This document shows positions 1-12,970 of a stretch of 64,000 nt of DNA, in pieces (within the stretch, counting starts at the first letter, position 1; each line of letters starts with the position of its first letter). Both the position numbers and the translations under genes were made by a program. Source of the DNA: Camelus ferus (taxonomy: Eukaryota); contig NC_045696.1 in NCBI RefSeq assembly GCF_009834535.1, forward strand, positions 61,878,001 through 61,942,000. Direction: 5' to 3'. The notes beneath the pieces were generated by a model. The model made no database searches. It had not been told where the DNA came from and saw nothing but the letters and a program-made list of their open reading frames with translations.

Positions 1-55
1 GTTTATAAGCCACCCAGCCTGGGGTATCCTGTTACAGCAGCCTCAGCAGACTCCT
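1..55 (+). mobile_element. MaLR (MLT/MST) LTR 3' end
   Basis: taagccacccagcctggggtatcctgttacagcagcc resembles the typical MaLR LTR terminus. Confidence 0.65.
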
Positions 56-639
56 CCTGATGGGGATTCTCACTCCTATAACTCAAAGACCAGTAGGAAC
101 ACGAGCCCACTGCATGATGGACATTTTTTATCAACACCAATGTATTATCTCGGGTGAACGGAAAAACAAGGCTGACTGTGTTTGCTGCTCCCCCAGAGAC
201 ACACGGCAACTGTTCCCTGACTTCTCAACTTTGATATTTTAAAGGCTGACCTTAAACAGCTTTTGTTCGCAGGCATGATATCAGGTCATAACAGAGGAGA
301 CACGACAGAGTGAAGCAACAGAATAGGAATCTGGCAGATGCTGAAAAGGAGCCTCTTGATACTAAAACCTCATGGAGCTGAAAAGATAAATTTTGCAGCC
401 TCTGCTCTAACGTTGCAACTGAATCATACGGACTATTTTTCCAGAGCCAGTGAATATCCTGAATTTTAGAGTAGAGTTTTCAGATAGAAGATGAGGTAAA
501 ACTTAGCACTAGGTTGCAAAGGTTGAATCTGAATTTTTTTTTCATTAATAGCCAATATGCAGGCTGCAGGATGGGGTGGGGGTGTGGGTTGGGGTTAGGG
601 GTAGGGGGAAAGCATGGTACCCATCACAGAGAACAAACT

Positions 640-850
640 TCACAGTCCAGCAGGCCTGGTTCAGAGCCCAGCTCTGCCATTATTAGCTGTGTTAGCTCGG
701 GCAAGCTGCCTGTATCCCCAAACCTCGGGTTCCTTGTCGGGAAAGTCAGATGATATCAAGCTCATAGGGTTGAGGGAGGTTTAGAGCTGATGCGTGGAGG
801 GCACTTAGTATACAGAGCTTGCCTGTACAGGTGATCAGTGGGAGGTTGCT
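640..850 (+). mobile_element. MIR SINE fragment
   Basis: cctggttcagagcccagctctgcca...agctgtg...gggcaag core. Confidence 0.6.
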
Positions 851-926
851 GTTACCACTTCTAGTTGAGGCACAAATAATAAAATCAAGTTGCTCCAGAC
901 ACTCTAGGTATTAGTTCACAACCTCA

Positions 927-1310
927 TTGGGAGCTTCTGAACTGGCCCCAAAGGCAAAAGGCAGGGAGAGACTGAAGAAAGAGGCAGACTACTGCAGATT
1001 GGTGGGTGGCAGGTTTAATAAGCAAGAGAACATACTTACCAAGCTTGTCTTGGGTGGCCGCTACAAGATGAACAGATCTCCGCACCCGCCTGCCAGAATC
1101 TTAAAGTTTATATAGAGCCCTTAACTGGGCTTCATCCTGTATGCCATCCAGATGGTCTCAACACCACACGACTGTCTCAAAGCTGTGTCCTTGGGCAGCT
1201 TCTGGCCTCAGGAAGGCAAGCGGAGCACACATTCCAAGGATGGGGTTGGGGATGGGCTTTCAGTTTCCTGGGTCCAGCTTGGAGTCAACCAGCGACCACA
1301 TCCCCTCCTC
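927..1310 (-). mobile_element. ERV solo-LTR-like element
   Basis: Minus-strand TATA (ctatataaa, 1115-1107) followed about 90 nt later by ATTAAA (1019-1014), a typical U3-R-U5 layout. Confidence 0.5.
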
Positions 1311-4300
1311 CAGCACTAGGACAGCCTCCAAATCAGCACTTTGACTGGCTATAAAAATAAACGGGATTTGGTTTAGTCCAACTGTCTAGATACATTTATG
1401 CATGTGTTTGAAATGTTTCTATAAGTACAGAGCTTTTACATGGTTAGAATAAAATATCAAATCCATTACACTGATTGAGAACACAGAAACCCAGCCTGCC
1501 CTGCCCTGATGTGAGTCATTACAGAACAAGCCTGGATCCTAAGTCTGCACTGCTTTCCCTCTGCAGCAACAGGAAATTCAGCCAGGGGACATCTGTTTAG
1601 TGCCCACCATCTATTCCCTTTCCAGGTAACAGCACACCGAATTCCTCCTGAGAACTGTACTTCTCACCCTCTACCACCAATTTTCAGCTATGCAGCTTGG
1701 GATCTGATCCTATCCCCAGACCCAGGTATCGACCCTCAATGGTTTAAGCCAAATAACATTTCTCATTCCATTGGCCACACTGATTGGTTCAGGGCTGGGC
1801 ATATGACAAGCTGGTCTGATCCAGGGAACTAGGAAAAGTACTGGTAAAGGTGGGTCATGGTCCTTCTCTTCTCTTCCAGGATGGGTGGGGTGAGGCTGCA
1901 AGGGTGGGAGGGATGTGTCATGGTGAGAACTGTGTGCTTTGCACCTTCCTGCGGCTGGTGAGCGGGTTTTACATAACACTCCACTCTAACATTCCAATCT
2001 CATATTCCCCAGCTCACTGTCTGTATAAACTGGGAAAATCATGCAGTTTTTTGGTGTGTAGCACATGTCCTTGTGGGTTATACCTCACCTTTAGGGACCT
2101 GTGGGGACTTGAGTCTAATTATATGCCTGGAAGCAAAAGGAGTGGTGGGGGTGGCCCTGAAGAGAATCAGCACAGTCTTGTCTTGCAAGACAGCTGCTTC
2201 AGGGGAGTTTTCCATTACAGTTTCCGGTGCAGGGTTAATCCTCTCAGATGCATAGCCTTTCACTGCAATGTGTTATTTCATTGGATGAATATACTAAAAC
2301 TTATTTACCCTTTTACTGTTGTTTATCAGCTAGGTCCATGAGCCTACCCTCATATAGGTTTCTCAGCCTGAATTCACATAATTAGGCACCACTTCCCCCC
2401 AAAAATAAAAGAAAAGCCTGAAGCCAATGATATGATTAAAAATGGTCCCAGACTTAAATGCACATACAATAATAACACAGGATAGAGTATTTATATACAT
2501 ATGTATATATGTATAAATATCATATATACATACACTCATATGGTTGGCATAATAAATTGTCATGTTGAGAGATAATATGGAGTTTGAGAAAAGCTAAGTT
2601 AGTTTAAGCCATATCAAGTTATTTTCAAGGAAGTCTTGTACTTATGAGACAGCCTTGGTCAGTGAAACTTTGTGGCCATGATTTGGGGGTAACAGGACAC
2701 ATCAGGGGACTGTACTGCAATCACATCAGTGCCTTTTCGGGATGTGGCCCCAGACTACTATGGAAACCTGGATGTCTCCAGGATTGTTGAGGGTGGATGG
2801 GATGGGGAGATGCTATGCCTAGGCTTCTGAAGCTGGTTCAAGAACTGTCGGCAGCCTGCTTGGAAAGGTGGCTGAGTTGAGATCATGACTTGAGTGTGAG
2901 GCCTATGGAGCGAGCCAGTCTGTGGCCAAATGGAGAGTACAAGTCAGCCATCCTCCATCCCACCCTCTCCCACTCTTATCCTGCCCAAGCCAATGCCATT
3001 GGCTGTGCTGCTCCAGCTCAGTGGTGCCGCCCTTGCAACAATGGAATTGAGTTTTGTCTCTATGAAGGCTATCCAACAATTCAGTGAGTGTTTTTAAAGT
3101 ATCACATATTTTTAAACCAGAAAAGGAATCATACAATGTTTGCTTTATAATATTCTTTTGTCACTTAGCAAAATATCATGAACATCTTTCTATGGAAAGC
3201 AAGCATCCCTTCCACCAGCTGCAAGCTCTCCGTCCTTTATGTATCTACTTGCTCTCTCTGTTCTCTTCAGTTGGAACTTCCCCTTCCATCCATAAACGTG
3301 TTTGATTCTCTACCATTCTCAGAGAAAGATCCAGCCCAAACTCTCCTTGAGACTGGATGTGCCCTCTAGCCACTGCCTCCGTCTCCTCTTCCCTTCACAG
3401 GAAACCTCAAGCCATCCACATTCACAGAATTCAGTCCTCATGCCTTGTTAACTGTTCTACGCAATACAGTTTGGCTTTTCTCACCACCACTGCCCTCTCT
3501 AGAGCCTTGTTGTTTTTCTAATTGTCAAACCAGTGGCCACTTCAGGCCCCTACACTGCCTGCCATTTGACAACAGGGATCTCTCCACGATTCTGATCTCC
3601 TTCCAGAGTCTCTTTGCATACTATAAAAGGCTGGGAAACAAAAAGCTACATTTTGTAGATCCCTTGAAGTTGGGTTATGCACATTAGATTTAAAGAATTT
3701 AGAAAGCAGATGTGACACAAGCCCTATTCCTGCAGTTTTCATTGTTTCCTCCTGGCAAACAAGAGCATGGATTCATGGGGTTTCCTGCAGCAGCTTTCCA
3801 GTGTCCAGTCCAGCTTTGGGGGCAACTGCAGTTATGGTGGCATCCTGATTCATCCTGATTCTCAGCAATATTGCTGTGTCACTAAATCCGACTGAGTTCT
3901 AAGGTAGCCTTTACACTTGCCTAACTGCCACACAAATGGTAACTCCTCCGGTGAGTCACTTCTGGGTGTTCAGAGTCCTCCCTGGAAGACCGAACTATAG
4001 CCCATCTTTCCAGTTCACCTGATGACTTAGTATCGGATTCCCTGTTTAGATTCTTTTTCTGCGGGCTTCTATTTCCCATTCTAAACTCTGATAATTTGGT
4101 ATCAGAAGCAGCTGTAGGCAACAGGCCTTCATGGATAACAAGATTCATATGCTAAAAGGAAATCACTACAGGTCAGTCGGACAGGGGATGTGTGGTCACT
4201 GCTTGTGCCTCCCTAGGGGGCAGGGGCATTTCTGGGCTGTGGCCTGAGAAGCGTACCCTCCCCTTGTCCTCGTCCCCGAGGCCTTCCAGAGCTTCTTGAC

Positions 4301-5464
4301 AAATGACCAACTCTGCCACACCAGCAAAACTCCACGCCACACTCACCTGCTTTTCCACCTTGACCATGTGTCCCATCGTTCTGATTTCTTCCACTGTCTC
4401 CGTGATGGGAGGTCTTCTAGGCCCTGGCTGTGGCCCACGATCTCATCCACCCTGTGGGGAAAGGGAACTATCAAATGACCCAGACACATGCTGCCCTCTT
4501 TCCCACAGAAACTAAAACAAACACAAGAGAAAAAGAAGAGAAAATAACTAACAGTCTATCTTCTATGTCTAAGGAAAACAATCCAAGAATGAGGGCAAAA
4601 CAAAGATATTTTCAGGTAAACTAAGCGTGAAAGGCCTTCACAAGCAGACCCCCAGAACACTCAAAAGGAGATACATATGTATATACACATGTAGACATGT
4701 ACACAAATACGTAGCAGGCAGGAGGAAAAGTGGTTCCAGATAGAAGAGCAGAGATGCAAGCGGGAATAGAGAGCAAAGGGCATGGGCATTGGGGGGAGAT
4801 ATCTGGAAGGATGGAAGTCAGGAAAGCCATCCTCCTGCTGCCTTGTTTTCTGCTGGCAAGTAAGGTCAAGGAGATGGGTGAGTTTCCTGAAGCAGAGTTC
4901 CAGGTTCATTCACCAGCTTCGTGGTTGCTGAAGGCAGCTATGATGGTTTGACTACGGCTTTCCGATCCTTGGAACACAAGTAATGTACCATGTTCTTGAA
5001 TTCAGTAGTTCCAGGGGTGGCCTGCTGTGTCCCCGACTCCTGACACGGGGGGGAGAGGTGGTAGCTCCCATAGTGGGTCAGTTTTGCTGCTTCTAAGAGT
5101 CATTCCTGGAGGGTCAGCTTGAGCCTGACCATCTAGCACCCTTGAGGTTTTCATAAGAAGCCACTTTCCTATATTAAACCTCTTGGTGATTAAAGTACTT
5201 AGTTATTTGGAAATAACATCAACAACAAAAACTCTGATTCAGTCTGGCATAAACAATTCATCCTGCCACGTAACAAGACAAGCAGAGCTTGCTACTGCCA
5301 GGGCTCCTCTGCTGCTTCTCCGTGATCCTCGCGACTCTGCCGGTCTCCTTGTGCAGACATCTCCCTCATGCTGGTAGCAAGATGGCTGGTACACTCCCCG
5401 CATCCCAACCAAACAACGTTGAGAAGAAGAGTCTGTATTTTTTACATATGTCTTTTTTTGTTGT

Positions 5465-6210
5465 TACTTCTTTTTTAACAGTTTTATTGAGATATAATTA
5501 ACGTATCATATAATTCACTAATTTGTACAGTGCACTGGTTTTTAGTCTATTCACAGATATGTGCAACCATCACCATCAGCAATTTTAGAACATTTTCATC
5601 ACTTCAAGAAGAAACCTCATATCCTTTACTTATCACTCCCCATCCCCCTGCTACCACCCCAGTCCTAAGGGACCACTAATCTACTTTCTGTCTTTATCAA
5701 TTTCCCTGTTCTGGACTTTCATATGAATGGGATCATACAGTATGTGGTCTTTTGTGGCTGGCTTCTCTCACTTAGAATAATGTTTCCAAGGTTTATCCAT
5801 GTCGTAGTATGTATCAGTACTGCATCCTTTTTTATGGCCAAATACTATTCCATTTTATGGACAGACGACATTTGTGTATCCAGTCAACTGTTGATGGACA
5901 TTTGAGTTGAACCTTCTGGCTATTATGAATAATGCTGCTATAAGCATTTGTGTAGAAGTTTCTGTGTGGACGTAACATTTCCACTCCCCTTGGCACATAC
6001 GTAGGAATGGAACTCCTGGGTCATATGGTAACTCTGTGTTTAATCATTTGAAGAACTGCCAGATTGTTTTCCAAGTGGCTTCCCACCAGCAGTATGAAGG
6101 TTCTGAGTTTCCTATATCCTGATCAACATTCATTATTAGTCTGGCTTTTTGACTCCAGTCATCCTAGTGGGTGTGAAGTGGTTTCTTATCATGGTTTTGA
6201 TTTGCATGTG
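5465..6210 (-). mobile_element. L1 3' region inserted in an MLT1-like LTR (about 5230-5440 and 6210-6480)
   Basis: Antisense L1 3'UTR and ORF2-end motifs (ttttattgagatataatt, ttttagaacattttcatcac, gggtcatatggtaactctg, gtgggtgtgaagtggt). Confidence 0.8.
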
Positions 6211-6499
6211 CATTTCTTTAAATCAAAGGAATCTTTTCCAGAAGTCCCCCAGCAGACTTTCCACTCAGTCCCATTGGCCAGAAAGGTATCAAATACACCT
6301 TCCTAAACCAATCACTGGCAAGGGAAATGGGATTTCCAGTGGGGACTCACTTCCTGATTTGGAGTTGGGGCTGTGGGCTACTTTGAGGCACACAGACATC
6401 CAGAGAGTGCTTATCCTCACAACATCAGGTTCTCTTAGGGAGGAGGAAGTGAGAAAGAAGATCAGCTGTGTAGCTGTGACATGTGGCTTCCATGACGTC

Positions 6500-7200
6500 A
6501 GGCTCTGATGGTCTTCCTCCTTCTTCTCTATATCTTCTTAGGCACCCCTTCCTCTGTTCACCCCTGAAATGTCAGTGCTCCTGGTCTTCAACTTCCTCCC
6601 TTCTCATCATCCACACTCTTTGGGTCATCTCATTTATTCTCACGGTTTCAATTTCCTTTCGATGATTTTTGAAATTATTTCTTTTCTGAGCTTCAGATTT
6701 ACTGATAATAATAAATAATAACAAATAGAATTGCCATTTTTAGATACTTATGATGTTCCAGGCACTGTACATTATTTCATTTTATTCTCATAACAAACCT
6801 ATAATTCTATTCTTATCCCTATCTTGTAGATGAATGGATAGGTTTAGAGAGATCAAGTTTTTTGCTCAAAGCAACAGAACCAGGAGGCTGATGAAAGCAG
6901 TAGTTGGACTCAGTCTGACTCCAGAGCCTGATCCACTGCGTGTTGGGCTTCTGCACGTCCCTCAAACACAGGGCAGCTAGAAAGAAGGCATAATTTCCCT
7001 ATCAACCAGCCCTGGCCCCATATTTCCTGCAGCAGTGAGAGAACTAGTTTATCCAGTTATTCAGTCCAGAGACCCAAGTGTTATCTTCCATCTTCATGCC
7101 TCATGATGTGATACTAACTTAGCTCTCTAATCATCCTTTGAATCCAGGATTGTTCTTCATCCTTCACTGTTACTGAGTCCAGGTCCACTGTGACTGGGGT
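6500..7200. mobile_element. Old L2 and MIR fragments
   Basis: Pyrimidine-rich L2-like stretch; MIR-like ccaggcactgt...ctcataacaaacctat...gactccagagcc. Confidence 0.5.
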
Positions 7201-10149
7201 ACATGTTGCCCGAGAGTCTTCAGCCCTAGGGGTGGCTGTGCAGGGTCTTCAGGTGTCTGGAGCCCCTGGATTGATTGCCTCTAGTTGCAAACAGCCCCCT
7301 TTATTACCCCAGTGTGTCATACAAAAGTAATCATTTTCTATGTGTGTATAATGAGAAACACCTTGAGAAGCTAGATCTAAAGTAGACTGCAGTTACCTCT
7401 CTGCTTTCCCTCCCCAACCTGCACCCACCCTCCTAACTGCAGCCAGAAAGAGTGCATTACTCTCCTGTATAAAACCTCGGGGGGGGGGGTTGGTCCTCAT
7501 CACCCTCAGGACCAAGTCCCCTTTCCTGTTTTGGCTTACAAGGCTCTCCAGGGTCCCCAGCATCCTCTCCAGCCTCACTCCTGCCTCTTTGTGGACAGAG
7601 CTGGGTGCTCCAGAAACTACGTTTTTGTTGGTTTTTTTTTTTTTTCGGTAGTCTCCTCCTCTATTCTGCATTCTTTCTCATCTCAGCATCTTTGCTCACA
7701 TGGCTTCTTTTGCAGGATATGCTTATAATAAGGAGGTTAAGACAAGCTTCGGCATTGGGTAGACCTGGTTTCAAATTCTTGCTCTGTCATGGTGAAAGAA
7801 CACTTAATCTCTCTGTAAAATGAGGATAAGAATAGTGCCTACTTCAGGGTACTTCACTACAGTGAAGACAGACTTTAAAAACTGCCTGGATCCCCAAGAC
7901 ACCCTCCCAAATCCCATTTTCAGAGCACCCTGTGCCAGGCCTTGTGCTGCGCCCTGCACTGGCCGCTGGTGCTCTGACTCCTTCTCTGTCCTGTCTGGCT
8001 TAAGTCCCCCAGGTCTGGGATCCATTCAGATTCATCCAGTCCACTTGGATGCGCCCACTGCGGGGCCAGGGTCAAGGACAGATTCAGAGATCCCCGGAGG
8101 AGGTGGCGACATAGCGGGCACTGGAATTAAGTGCGGGAGTTCTCCAGAAAGAGGCCCACCTGCTGCTCATCCAGCAAGGCTGAGGCCTCGTGGCCGCCTC
8201 TCGCCAGCGTTCCAGGGGGTGGAGCCCACACCATGGGGCGTGGCAACTACTCACCTAAACCCAGTCAGAATGCGAACCTGCTATTTATGCATATAAGCGC
8301 ACAGAATGAGCCCCGCGAGGGTCCAAATCCTGCAAGTCCCACAGCCCAGCGAGGGTGGGGGAGCAGGGGGCTTTAGAATTAAGGGGTAGCGCCCAGGTCT
8401 GCGGAGACAGGACTGGGGCAGGGGAGTGCGTACTGATAACCACAGACAGGGGCATCCTGCGCGTGTGCCGGGGGATGTCTGACGGCAGGCAGCAGGGACA
8501 GACCATCTTAGTGGCAGGGATACAGCGAAGCGGAAACCACTACGGCCGGGAGCGGGGGGAGCTGGGGAAGACATGGTATCCGTGGGACGAGAGGATGGGA
8601 AGAGACACTTTACTTTCTCGCTGAATCAGTGATTGGCTCTCGGTGGTCCACCTTTCTCTGGCGCCCTTTGTACGCGGAGCACCGTGCTCTGGGGACACAA
8701 CTGAATGAGCATGGTCCAGAATGGCAGCCATCGCTGTGGCTCATTCCAAAAAACCCCCATAAAATTAAAAAACAAACAAACAAAAAAAACCCGTCTTTAC
8801 CTTCAAACGTAAACTTCCTGACAAGACCACCGGGTCGCTGCTTACGGGAAAAGGCGGCAGGCCCAAGATTCAGTTCCTTCTCCGGATCCGGCATTCGGAG
8901 GAGGCTTTAAAGACTGCGTAGGCGGGAGTGTTGGAGAAGGGGGACCCTGCGCAACAGCCAAAGGCGTCTTCTTCAGCTCGAAAAGCGCAAGGACCATTTC
9001 CCTCAAGAGCAAGATCTTGTTCCAAACTCCAGGGTCCATTCCAGGGGCAGAGGGTGAGAGTGGCTTTCCTGAATTTGGTGTCGTATTTCTTCCTTACGTC
9101 AACCCTGGGGGCCGCAGTAAACCCTGTAGGGCGCCCCATCCTGAAAGCATTGCAATGTCTGACCCTGGTGCCTCCTTCTCTGGCTGCCCAAACGGGCCTA
9201 TGTTTACTCTCTGATTAACAGAGAATGCAACACACAGCATTAAACACACATAAGGGAGAGTGGAAGAGACTAAGTTATCTCCATTAACTGGGATACATCA
9301 CGTAACCATCTGTGACCTCACAGTTCCCACCTGCAAAATGGGAACTCTGCTCTGTAGCAGGGAGTCTTCAGGTGTTAATAATTTTGACAGCTGCTCCCAC
9401 TTTTATGAGGCGAAGGTGTCTGGGGGTTAAAAATAACGCTTAAGAAGGAAGGGTGAAGGATGTCCTTAAGGAAACCTGCAATTGTCCTTGCCATATCGTG
9501 GTACCAAGCAAAGGCCAGGGCAGCCACCAACCAGAGCGCCGCAAGGTCGCCAGGATCATCCTTGGCCACAGGGCTTTTGCTCTTGTACGTGCTCCCATGT
9601 GACTCCTGGGCAGGAAAGCCATCCTGTCACCCTTGAGAGGGCAGGCCTGGCCCAAAGTGCACCGCGCAAGGATAGAAGTGGCGATTCTTCTCTGCTAAAT
9701 GCGGACCTATGTGTACTCACAGTTCCGTGCTCAGCATTTTGCAGCGTCTTTTGGTTTCATTCTCACAGGAACCCTGGGAGGTAGCATTATATACCCATTT
9801 AATAGATGGGAAAACTGAGGCTCAGTAAAGAAAAGGGACCACCCAAGAACAGCAGTCGGTAGTAGGAGAAGATTCAAATATAGGCCTCTGGGCCCAAAGC
9901 TAGCGCTCTGAAGTGGAGTATACCCACAACCTCCCTTCCCCTTCCCAAGAAAACGTCACCACCAGCCTCCTGTCTCCCCTAGAGAGGCAAGTGGGTCCTC
10001 AGAGCCGGCGGACCCTAATTTGGGGAAAGTTGCCAGCTAGAATGTGCACGGCCACAGCTCCCCGGCCTGCCTCCACAGTCTCCAGCAGCTAGCAAATGTA
10101 GGAATGGAAACAACTGTCCTCTCTGCCCTTAGCTTCCTCCCCACCCTGG

Positions 10150-11210
10150 ACCCCCCAGCAACTCTTCCCGAGCTGCTCCGCCCGACTCACCGCGCGCTGC
10201 TCTGGGCTGCACCTGCCCCGCCGGCGGCTTCCGGCCCTGCGAGAGCCCCCAAAGAGGGTGGATCCCGAGCCGCCCCGACCAGAAGGCAGGAGCCGGGCGG
10301 CGTGTCCTCAGCGCGGCCGCCTCGCTGCCCCAGCCAGGGAATTGCGCAGGCGGGGCGGAGGTGCGGCGGAGAGGGCCGGAGACCAGCGCATCCGCGGGCG
10401 GGGCCGCTGAAGGCGTCCCCTGAGGCCCCGGCTGTGGCCTCGGTTAGGGGATGACGGAGGGCCCCCGGTGGCCCCTAGGCCATGGCAAGCCGAGCAGTGG
10501 CTGGTCTTTCCCCTCCCCGCATTCCGGGTCATTCCCCTAGCAGCCCCCTCCCTGGCGAGCCACGCCTGGTGAGCTGCCTTTTTAGTACGAGGGACGGTTA
10601 AGCAGAACATTTCTAGGCCATACTTCTTTTGTCATTCAAAAGGAAAATTTCTGAGTTCTACGTGTGTGTTGGGGACATGTGGAGTGGAGCAGGTCCGGGA
10701 GGAAAGGCGCTGCGGCGAGGATCTGCCGGCCTTGTTTGGGAATTGGCGCTGGAGAGGCGGGTTCGGTTTCAGCCCGAAGCAGCTCCTTCCGGGCAGCGGC
10801 CGGCCGCCGCGCATTTGGTCCTGGAAACAGTCCAGCGGCGGGTGCTGCCTCCCCTCCTCTGCATTCCGCAAGTCGGGGGCGGGTGACTGGCCCAGAGTTG
10901 CCTGCGAGCCGGGGCCAGAGGAGGTCACCGTGTGCCCGAGAGCCCAGGCTCCCTTCCCCGACGCCGCGCCCGCAAGTGCGGGCAGCCAAGCCCGCCGCTG
11001 GGATGTGGCGCTGGAACCACCCCTCCTGGTCCCTCCGCAGGTGAACGCCTCCCACTCGCGGGCTCCAGGGCGTAGCTCGGCGCGCTACTGCGGGGCTCCT
11101 CGCCTCCCACGCCCACGCCCGAGACTGCAGAACGAGCGTGGTGGCCGGCCGACTCGACACTGCCCCCTGGCGGAGGAGTGTTTTACTAAGCTTCCCGGGG
11201 GAGGCTGACC
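10150..11210. promoter_or_regulatory. CpG island, promoter-like
   Basis: Dense CpG, several GGGGCGG boxes and an ETS-like CTTCCGG near 10228. Confidence 0.8.
10191..10350 (-). other. PIGZ: Putative non-coding first exon, probably PIGZ by synteny (5' boundary approximate)
   Basis: A consensus donor GCG|GTGAGT (GT at 10190-10189) sits at the edge of the CpG island. In human and mouse, PIGZ lies downstream of MELTF on the same strand and has a non-coding exon 1. No PIGZ coding sequence is seen in the window. Confidence 0.45.
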
Positions 11211-12719
11211 TGGCCTAGAGAGCCTCTCGCCCTTCATTCCAAGTCAGATGTTTTTTGGAACGTCTTGAGCAGAAACGCTTCACCTGTATTCCCTTTCATG
11301 CTTCACAGCAGCCCTCACACAAAACAAAAAGCAAGCAAGCAAGCAAACAAACAAACCCAATACCTACTTTGTTGAGATATTATTTATATACTGTAAGTAC
11401 CATAAATTTTAAGTACTGAGTGCAGCACAGAAAAAGGCTCATTTCCCCCGCTCTGGCCCAGGGGGAAGGTGCTGTCTGCCCCGCCCTCAGGCCCCCTGAT
11501 CCCTGGGGATCTTCGTCTCTAGTTGCCAAATTGAACTCTTTACTGCTTTAATCTACATTTTAAATCAAAGTAATACTTGTGTACCTCTGAAAAACTCAGA
11601 TGGATACACAGATCTTACATGAGAGAGAGAAGCCTGGTATGAGAGCCTAAGCCTCAAGATGTAACCAAGTAACCCTGCGGCCTTCTCATCACTGGTCAGG
11701 GCGCAGCTTCCCTTCCTCCGGTCACCCCTCCTCTTTCATCTTCCTCCTCCTCATTGCCAACATCTGTAATCAGGACTAGACCCTGTAGGAAACGGGAAGA
11801 CAGATGTGGAGCCTGTGCTGGAACCAGCTTCATTTCCTCCTTTCTCTGCCCTCCGCCTGCGTGGAGAGGGACTAAGTTCTCAGTTGGTACAGGCTCAGGA
11901 AGAGCTGAGGTCCTAGCCCAAGTCCTCCTGTGGTTTTCCTGGCTCACAAGTTACAGATCAGTTGTAGCAGCAGTGTTTCCCTTCTCACTGAGTGGCCAGA
12001 AGTAGCTGGGATGGGGTGTTGGCATGACCTGACTCTGCCACCAGCTAGATAGAGCAGGCTGATTCCTTTCTCTGTGCTCCAGCTTCTCCATCTGTAAAAT
12101 GACACTGTGATCTCTAGAAAGCCACACAGCTCTAATGTCTTGGAGGTTAGTCACCTGAAAGAGCTTCGCTATCTCCAGCCAGGATGGCTCTGACCAGTGT
12201 CCCATGGACTGGCCATTGCCGTATCCTCCTGGCTCATTGTGCCCAGCTCAGGAACCTTTGGTGGTAGGGGGCATCCTGCCTGCTTTACCACTTCCTCAGC
12301 CTGCCTAACAAAGCAGCTTCTTCTCTTGGCCCCCAGGCAAAGGATGGGAGGAAGCTGCTGTGGCATCACAGGAGGGAGTTCTTGGACCTTGCCATTTGGA
12401 TACACCATTTGATTCAAAGGACTCCCAAAGAAGATTTGAATAAAAACATTTAATTTAAATTACACGAATACTGATTAATTTTTGGACAAAATTTTCCAGA
12501 GTGAACTTCACTAAGCCAACAGTTACTTGTTCAGTTTTTAAAGTGTATATATATATATACACACACACACTATTAATTTAATGGCCTACCTTAGTGGTTC
12601 TACTGTTCCTGTATGGCATGAAGTGCTCAGACATCAGGTGTGTCAGCCTTGGCTGTTACTTCTGAGGGTTTTGATCTCCAGCTCATCTTCTCCCTACAGC
12701 AGGAAGGGAAGCCAGTAGA

Positions 12720-12970
12720 TGTGAAAGTATGACTCTGAGTCAGACCTCAGTCTGCTTCCCTCAGCTGTGTGATCCTGCATCATTTGCTTAAAATTCCCTG
12801 AGCCTCAATTTTCTCACCTATAAAATGGGGATAATAATAATACTTACCTGCCTGCCTCAGAAGATCTGTTTATAGTTTATAAAAATAGTTATTACCATAA
12901 ACCACAATAGCATTAAATATTCACTTGTGTAAAGCTCTTAATCCCCAGCACATAGTGGGAGCTCCAGAAA
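12720..12970 (+). mobile_element. MIR SINE
   Basis: ctgagcctcaattttctcacctataaaatggggataataata core. Confidence 0.7.

Noticed and set aside
10044..11208. Several overlapping 100-180 aa ORFs
   Set aside because: Stop-poor CpG-island sequence produces these ORFs, and none resembles a known protein.
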